Source: Thermoplasmatota archaeon (lineage in GTDB: Archaea; Thermoplasmatota; E2; DHVEG-1). Taken from it: 32,124 nt of DNA. Under the pieces are notes generated by a model. The model was not told the origin of the DNA and made no database searches. It saw only the letters and a program-made list of their open reading frames with translations. Positions within the stretch are counted from its first letter, which is position 1, and every line of letters begins with the position of its first letter. The stretch lies in the NCBI GenBank assembly GCA_022866015.1, contig JALHTX010000140.1, positions 1-32,124 of the forward strand. The letters are read 5' to 3'. Below are positions 27,404 to 32,124 of this stretch, piece by piece. Made by a program: the position numbers and the translations under genes.

Positions 27404-27808
27404 ATGGTAAAAAAAGTAGTAAATACATCAGGTAAAAGAAAAACTGCAGTTGCTCGTGCAGCGGTTCAGAAGGGAACAGGTCTTGTAAGAATAAATAAGA
27501 TACCTGTTGAACTTTATGAGCCTGAGATTGCTCGTTGGAAAGTAATGGAGGCTCTTAAAATCGCAGAAAGTCATTTGGATAAAATAAACATAGATGTAAC
27601 TGTTAATGGTGGCGGCTTCATGGGTCAAGCAAGTGCTGTAAGAACAGCTATTGCAAAAGGAATTGTTGAGTTTACTGGTGACCCAAATTTAAAGATTGCA
27701 TATCTTGATCATGATAGAAGTCTTCTTGTTAGTGATTCAAGAAGAAAAGAACCGAAAAAACAATTGGGTCGTGGTGCCCGTAAAAAAAGACAGAAATCAT
27801 ATAGGTGA
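27404..27808 (+). CDS. rps9: 30S ribosomal protein uS9
   Basis: [29 protein letters not shown]. Confidence 0.98.
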   Translation: MVKKVVNTSGKRKTAVARAAVQKGTGLVRINKIPVELYEPEIARWKVMEALKIAESHLDKINIDVTVNGGGFMGQASAVRTAIAKGIVEFTGDPNLKIAYLDHDRSLLVSDSRRKEPKKQLGRGARKKRQKSYR

Positions 27809-27815
27809 AGATTTT

Positions 27816-28040
27816 ATGATTATACCAGTAAGATGTTTTACATGTGGAAAAATAATTGGAGATGCATTTGAAGAATACACCAAGCGTTATGAGATCTACA
27901 AAAAAGCATTTGACGCTGGTGAGAACCCAAAAGAAACACCTAAACAAATACTTGACGAACTAGGTATCGATAGATACTGCTGCAGACGTATGATTCTTAC
28001 ACATGTAGAGCTCATCGGTGAATCAGCACCTTTTGAATAA
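27816..28040 (+). CDS. rpoN: DNA-directed RNA polymerase subunit N (Rpo10)
   Basis: [12 protein letters not shown]...RYCCRRM; start ATG 27816. Confidence 0.97.
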   Translation: MIIPVRCFTCGKIIGDAFEEYTKRYEIYKKAFDAGENPKETPKQILDELGIDRYCCRRMILTHVELIGESAPFE

Positions 28041-28130
28041 AAAAATATTTTAGATTTTTTAAATCCAAATTTTTATCTATTTTTATAATATACCCATCAT
28101 AGTCAATGTGTAGTCTAAAAAGATTTTCTT

Positions 28131-28205
28131 GGGCGTGTGGCCTAGCCTGGATAAGGCACCGGCCTTCTAAGTCGGTAATCGCGGGTTCGAATCCCGCCAC
28201 GTCCG
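28131..28205 (+). tRNA. tRNA-Arg(TCT)
   Basis: Acceptor GGGCGTG/CACGTCC; anticodon arm CCGGC-CTTCTAA-GTCGG; T arm GCGGG-TTCGAAT-CCCGC. Confidence 0.95.
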
Positions 28206-28403
28206 CTCTTTTTACAATTAACAATTAATTAATATAGTAAATACTGCATTATATTATTTAATTATTTAAAGTATATTTAGTTATGGTTTAGGGATGCGAG
28301 ATGGGATGTAAAAAGTTTATTGAATTAAATTATAAAAATAAATATTCTAGAGTATACCTAAGAAATTTAATATATTTTTATTGTTTTTTGTAAGGTTTTA
28401 TAA

Positions 28404-30410
28404 ATGAAAGATGAACCAGCAATTGTAAAAGAGTTAAGACAAGCTGAGGAACTCGGCCTTCTTAAATCTGATTTACAGGGAAATTTAAGTATAAGAGATA
28501 ATAATATTATTGGTACAATAGATATTAATCGCGATATAACCAAGATTAAAAAATCAGATGAAAAATATAAACATTTATTTGATAATGCAATGGATCCTAT
28601 AGTAATCATAGATAAAAAAGGTAAATTTGTTGATGTTAACGAACAGGTAATAAAACTTTTTGAATATGATAAAAAGGAATTAATCGGTAAAGATTTTACT
28701 AAAATAAATATTTTAACACAAGCGAGTATCAAAAAAGCTCAAGATAATTTTTTAAAGAGAATGAAAGGTGAAAATGTACCACCTTATGAAATTGAAGTTA
28801 TTACAAAAAATGGTAAAATAATTCCTACTGAGTTGAACGCCAGTATAATTTATGAATGTAACGAAGTAAATGGAGATTTAATAATATTAAGAGATCTTAG
28901 AGAAAGATATAAAAGTAAAAAAATTGAAAAAGAGTTAAATACGTATGAACAAAAATTTAGAGATATTTTCGAAGGGACAAGTGATCTGCTGTTATATATT
29001 GAAAAAGGAATAATTCTAGACGTAAATAACGCATTAATCAATATGCTTAATATTAAAAAACAAGATGTTGTAGGGAAAAAAATTTCTATTCTTAAAAATT
29101 TTTTCTCTCAAGAAGATATAGAAAAACATACTAATGCAATTGAGTTAGCAGCAACTGGTAGCTATGTTACAGATTATGAAACTGAATTAACAACCAATAA
29201 AGGAGTCAGATACGAGTTTTTATTCTCAGTAGATTGTATTTATAACGACGAGAATATAAAAGGAATACTGTTACGGGGTAAGGATATAACACAACGCCAT
29301 CATGAATGGAAAGAACTTATAAAACTCGAGGAGAAATATAGAGTTCTTGCAGAAACATCTGCTGATGGAGTTATAACAATTGATCCTCTTGGAAGACTAA
29401 CATATGTAAATCCTTCTTTTGAAAAGATGCTAGATAAACATAAAAGTCAGATTCTTGCGACACTACTGCGTAATTATCTATCTGAGGATTCTGTTTACCT
29501 ATTCCAACAAATATTTATAGATGCACGCAAAGAAGATAAAAAAATTGAAAACGTAGAATTAGAACTAGTACATACAAACGGTCAAAAAGTACCAATAGAA
29601 GTAAATATTGCATCATTTAAAAAAGATGGCGAATTTGCAGGAATGGTTCTTACAATACGTGATATAACAGAACGCAGAAAAATAGAAGATGAACTTAAAA
29701 AATCAGATAAGCTTAAAACAGAGTTTATGAACATTGCAGCACATGAACTTAAATCACCTGTGACACCAATAAAAGGATACCTTGACCTGATAATATCAGA
29801 TAAAGACACTAATGAAAAAATAAAAAACTGGGCTAAAATAAGTCTGAGAAACTCTGAAAGATTATTAAAATTAGTAAATGATATACTTGATGTATCAAGA
29901 CTTGACACAGATACGATGCGTTTTGATATGGAGAAAATATCAGTAGTAGACATATTAGATGAAGTAGCAGAGGATATGAAACCTGCAGTTGAAGGAAAAG
30001 TACTAAAATTAATAACAGATATACCCCGAGATCTGCCCGATATAACAGGGGATAAATGTAGACTTGCACAAGTACTTAAAAATTTATTAGTAAACGCTTT
30101 AAAATTTACAGATAATGGTTCAATAAGTATAATTGCAAAACAGAAAAAAGATCATATTTTGATATCTGTAACAGATTCTGGCATAGGAATATCTAACGAC
30201 GAACTTAAAAAAATATTTAATAAGTTTTATCAAGTATATACAGGTGATAATAGGAAAAATGAAGGAACAGGTTTAGGTCTTTTTATATGCCGTAATATAA
30301 TTCAAAAACATAACGGTAAAATATGGGCAGAAAGCCAAGTAGGCAAAGGAAGTACATTCTATATAGAAATTCCATATCTACATAAAATGAAAGTAAATTT
30401 AAAAAAATAA
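28404..30410 (+). CDS. Cytoplasmic multi-PAS sensor histidine kinase
   Basis: Three PAS/PAC repeats; H-box AAHELKSP; N box NLLVNALKF; G1 DSGIGI; G2 GTGLGL. Confidence 0.95.
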   Translation: MKDEPAIVKELRQAEELGLLKSDLQGNLSIRDNNIIGTIDINRDITKIKKSDEKYKHLFDNAMDPIVIIDKKGKFVDVNEQVIKLFEYDKKELIGKDFTKINILTQASIKKAQDNFLKRMKGENVPPYEIEVITKNGKIIPTELNASIIYECNEVNGDLIILRDLRERYKSKKIEKELNTYEQKFRDIFEGTSDLLLYIEKGIILDVNNALINMLNIKKQDVVGKKISILKNFFSQEDIEKHTNAIELAATGSYVTDYETELTTNKGVRYEFLFSVDCIYNDENIKGILLRGKDITQRHHEWKELIKLEEKYRVLAETSADGVITIDPLGRLTYVNPSFEKMLDKHKSQILATLLRNYLSEDSVYLFQQIFIDARKEDKKIENVELELVHTNGQKVPIEVNIASFKKDGEFAGMVLTIRDITERRKIEDELKKSDKLKTEFMNIAAHELKSPVTPIKGYLDLIISDKDTNEKIKNWAKISLRNSERLLKLVNDILDVSRLDTDTMRFDMEKISVVDILDEVAEDMKPAVEGKVLKLITDIPRDLPDITGDKCRLAQVLKNLLVNALKFTDNGSISIIAKQKKDHILISVTDSGIGISNDELKKIFNKFYQVYTGDNRKNEGTGLGLFICRNIIQKHNGKIWAESQVGKGSTFYIEIPYLHKMKVNLKK

Positions 30411-30430
30411 AGTAATTGTTGGTGATATAA

Positions 30431-30769
30431 ATTAGGAAAAAATGTCCTGAGTGCAGTTCTAAAGCAGTAAAACTATACCTAAATAAAAGTTTCGAAGGAA
30501 AAAGAGCATGGATTCCAACAGCCTGGACTTGCACAGAATGTGGATACACATACAATGTTGCTGCAGAAACCCTGATGTATAAAATTGGAAATGAGGCATA
30601 TGATGAAAAATATCATGAAAAATGCCCAAAATGCAGCTTAAACCTTGTTAGATTATATCGGCATATAAATCCAAAACATGGTAAACAAAAATGGGTTTCA
30701 ATTGGATGGTACTGCACTCGTTGTAAATATGTATGGATGGATAAAAAAACAAAAGAAGAATCAAAATAA
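30431..30769 (+). CDS. Tandem double Zn-ribbon protein (112 aa), apparent ATT start
   Basis: (I)RKKCPECSSKAVKLY...GKRAWIPTAWTCTECGY is in frame with KCPKCSLNLVRLY...GKQKWVSIGWYCTRCKY; GGTGA SD at 30421. Confidence 0.75.
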   Translation: MRKKCPECSSKAVKLYLNKSFEGKRAWIPTAWTCTECGYTYNVAAETLMYKIGNEAYDEKYHEKCPKCSLNLVRLYRHINPKHGKQKWVSIGWYCTRCKYVWMDKKTKEESK

Positions 30770-30979
30770 AAAATATTGCAGTTCAATCAGGATTACTTCG
30801 TCTAATGCTTTTTTTAAACTCAGCAACAAAAAAATGACTTTTAAAATTTTTTTAATTATTATAAAACTACTTAATTAACTTTATGTTTATAACATAAAAA
30901 AATAGCATAGGTTTTTCCGAAAACCATTAAATATAAGTATTTGTTTAGGGCAAGCTATAACCTAAGAGGAAAAAGTATT

Positions 30980-31078
30980 ATGAAGCGTAGTTCAAGAGTC
31001 TGGAAGAAAAAGGGTAAAATGCGATGGAAATGGCGAAAGAAACGAATGAGACGTGAAAAAAGAGCAAGAAGGAAATAA
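30980..31078 (+). CDS. rpl41e: Ribosomal protein eL41 (eS32) with N-terminal extension
   Basis: MKRSSRVWKKKGKMRWKWRKKRMRREKRARRK*; contains the L41e core MRxKWRKKRMRR. Confidence 0.88.
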   Translation: MKRSSRVWKKKGKMRWKWRKKRMRREKRARRK

Positions 31079-31092
31079 CGATAAATATTTAC

Positions 31093-31231
31093 GGGGGTAT
31101 GGTGTAACCCGGCATCATTGTGGGCTCCAGTTAGGAATGATTAAAAGAGGGTCATCTGAAAGGTGATGAGTAACTGGAGCGATGACCTAAGAAGAGACCC
31201 GCCGATCTGGGTTCAAATCCCAGTACCCCCA
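31093..31231 (+). tRNA. tRNA-Trp(CCA) with 66-nt intron at 37/38 (31131-31196)
   Basis: Acceptor GGGGGTA/TACCCCC; GTGGG-CTCCAG|intron|A-CCCGC; T arm CTGGG-TTCAAAT-CCCAG. Confidence 0.93.
31131..31196 (+). ncRNA. Intronic box C/D guide RNA (Cm34/Cm39 of tRNA-Trp)
   Basis: Boxes ATGATTA (C), CTGA (D'), GTGATGA (C') and ATGA (D); guides GGGTC and AACTGGAGC are complementary to GACCC and GCTCCAGTT. Confidence 0.85.
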
Positions 31232-31262
31232 TCACTTAAAAAAATAAAAATGGTGAAAAAAA

Positions 31263-31466
31263 ATGATGAAAATTAATATTAAAAACTTCAATTTTTATAC
31301 AATACTATCACTTTTGTTTTTAATAGCGGGAATAGGAATCTGGTTAATCTGGATAATAAGATATGGTGTAGTATATGATATAGGAATATACTCTCTAGCA
31401 ATAGTATTTATTATACCAGGTATAGTCGGTTTTATCCTATCGCTCATGGATAAAAAAGAAGATTAA
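31263..31466 (+). CDS. Small two-TM membrane protein
   Basis: Two hydrophobic helices; GGTGA SD. Confidence 0.7.
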   Translation: MMKINIKNFNFYTILSLLFLIAGIGIWLIWIIRYGVVYDIGIYSLAIVFIIPGIVGFILSLMDKKED

Positions 31467-32124
31467 ATCATCTTCCAAGTTAGTATTTGATTCTTTGTTG
31501 CACTTACTTCATCTAAACGTTTGGTAGGAGTATTAACAGGAGAATTTTTAACAATATCTGGTTTTTCATCTGCAATTTTTATAAGTGTTTCAATGTATTT
31601 ATCAAGGTCTTTTTTTGATTCAGATTCAGTAGGCTCGATCATAAGTGCTTCTTTTACGATAAGCGGAAAATAAACTGTTGGCGGATGCAGACCGTTGTCT
31701 AATAGTCGTTTTGCAACATCCATTGCACGAATATCTTTTTCTTGTTTTAGTTTTTCACAGCTTAGAACAAACTCGTGTTTTCTCAAGTTTTTAAATGGCA
31801 TTTCGTATTTACCACTATCTAGTATCTTTTTCTTCATATAATTAGAGTTTAGGACAGATATTTCTGATGCCTGGCAAAGACCATTTCCACCCATCATAAG
31901 TATATAAATATAGGCTTTCAAAAGTACCGAGAAATTACCATAGAAACCTTTTATTTTTCCAATAGAATCAGGTGCATCATAATCAAAGATATAGTCTCCA
32001 TAATATGCAAAATTGTTGTCATGACAACAGGAATCTTTATCATTCTTAGAGTGTCGAGTACAAGTGACTCCTAACACATCAACAGATTTCAAAATGCCAT
32101 TGGGATCATTGAAATCTCCCATCA
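31463..32124 (-). CDS. gcvPB: Glycine dehydrogenase (decarboxylating) subunit 2, 3' part
   Basis: SIGKIKGFYGNF, HEFV, DVAKRLLD, PPTVYFPLIVKEALMIEPTESESK; open to the window edge. Confidence 0.94.
   Translation of the reverse strand, partial: MGDFNDPNGILKSVDVLGVTCTRHSKNDKDSCCHDNNFAYYGDYIFDYDAPDSIGKIKGFYGNFSVLLKAYIYILMMGGNGLCQASEISVLNSNYMKKKILDSGKYEMPFKNLRKHEFVLSCEKLKQEKDIRAMDVAKRLLDNGLHPPTVYFPLIVKEALMIEPTESESKKDLDKYIETLIKIADEKPDIVKNSPVNTPTKRLDEVSATKNQILTWKMI

Noticed and set aside
28012..28224. 70-aa minus-strand ORF (AGFEPA...)
   Set aside because: Antisense translation of tRNA-Arg; no integrase follows.
28292..28302. GGATGCGAGAT shared with trailer copy 1 (24422)
   Set aside because: Only 11 nt, not conserved in copy 2, and similarity does not extend.

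Overview
AT-rich archaeal chromosomal segment; gene content points to Thermoplasmata (inference from DUF5611- and DUF3198-like genes, the extended eL41 and an intron-containing tRNA-Trp). Bases 1-~2600 are the right end of an integrated plasmid/virus-like element. It carries a Prim-Pol/Zn-finger/D5-type primase-helicase (missed by the ORF track, runs off the left edge) and a tyrosine integrase whose start-less reading frame runs antisense into the 5' half of tRNA-Pro(CGG). Core genes follow: queE, the psmA-SBDS-rrp4-rrp41-rrp42-eL43-rpoP-pcc1 superoperon, purA, an M50 protease, trmJ, proS, eL40, a membrane-protein cluster, tpiA and tal. An accessory island at ~20.4-25.65 kb is largely invisible to the ORF track. 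It holds a transglutaminase-like gene flanked by degenerate tRNA-3'-end direct repeats, two paralogous ribbon-helix-helix genes with duplicated TGCATAA operator/promoter boxes, two C2H2 zinc-finger microproteins, and cassette-like units made of a conserved leader, a variable micro-ORF and a conserved 65-nt hairpin trailer. The right end has eL18-uL13-uS9-rpoN, tRNA-Arg, a PAS histidine kinase, a double Zn-ribbon protein that apparently starts at ATT, eL41, tRNA-Trp with a C/D-guide intron, and the 3' part of gcvPB. All calls come from manual reading; no database searches were run.
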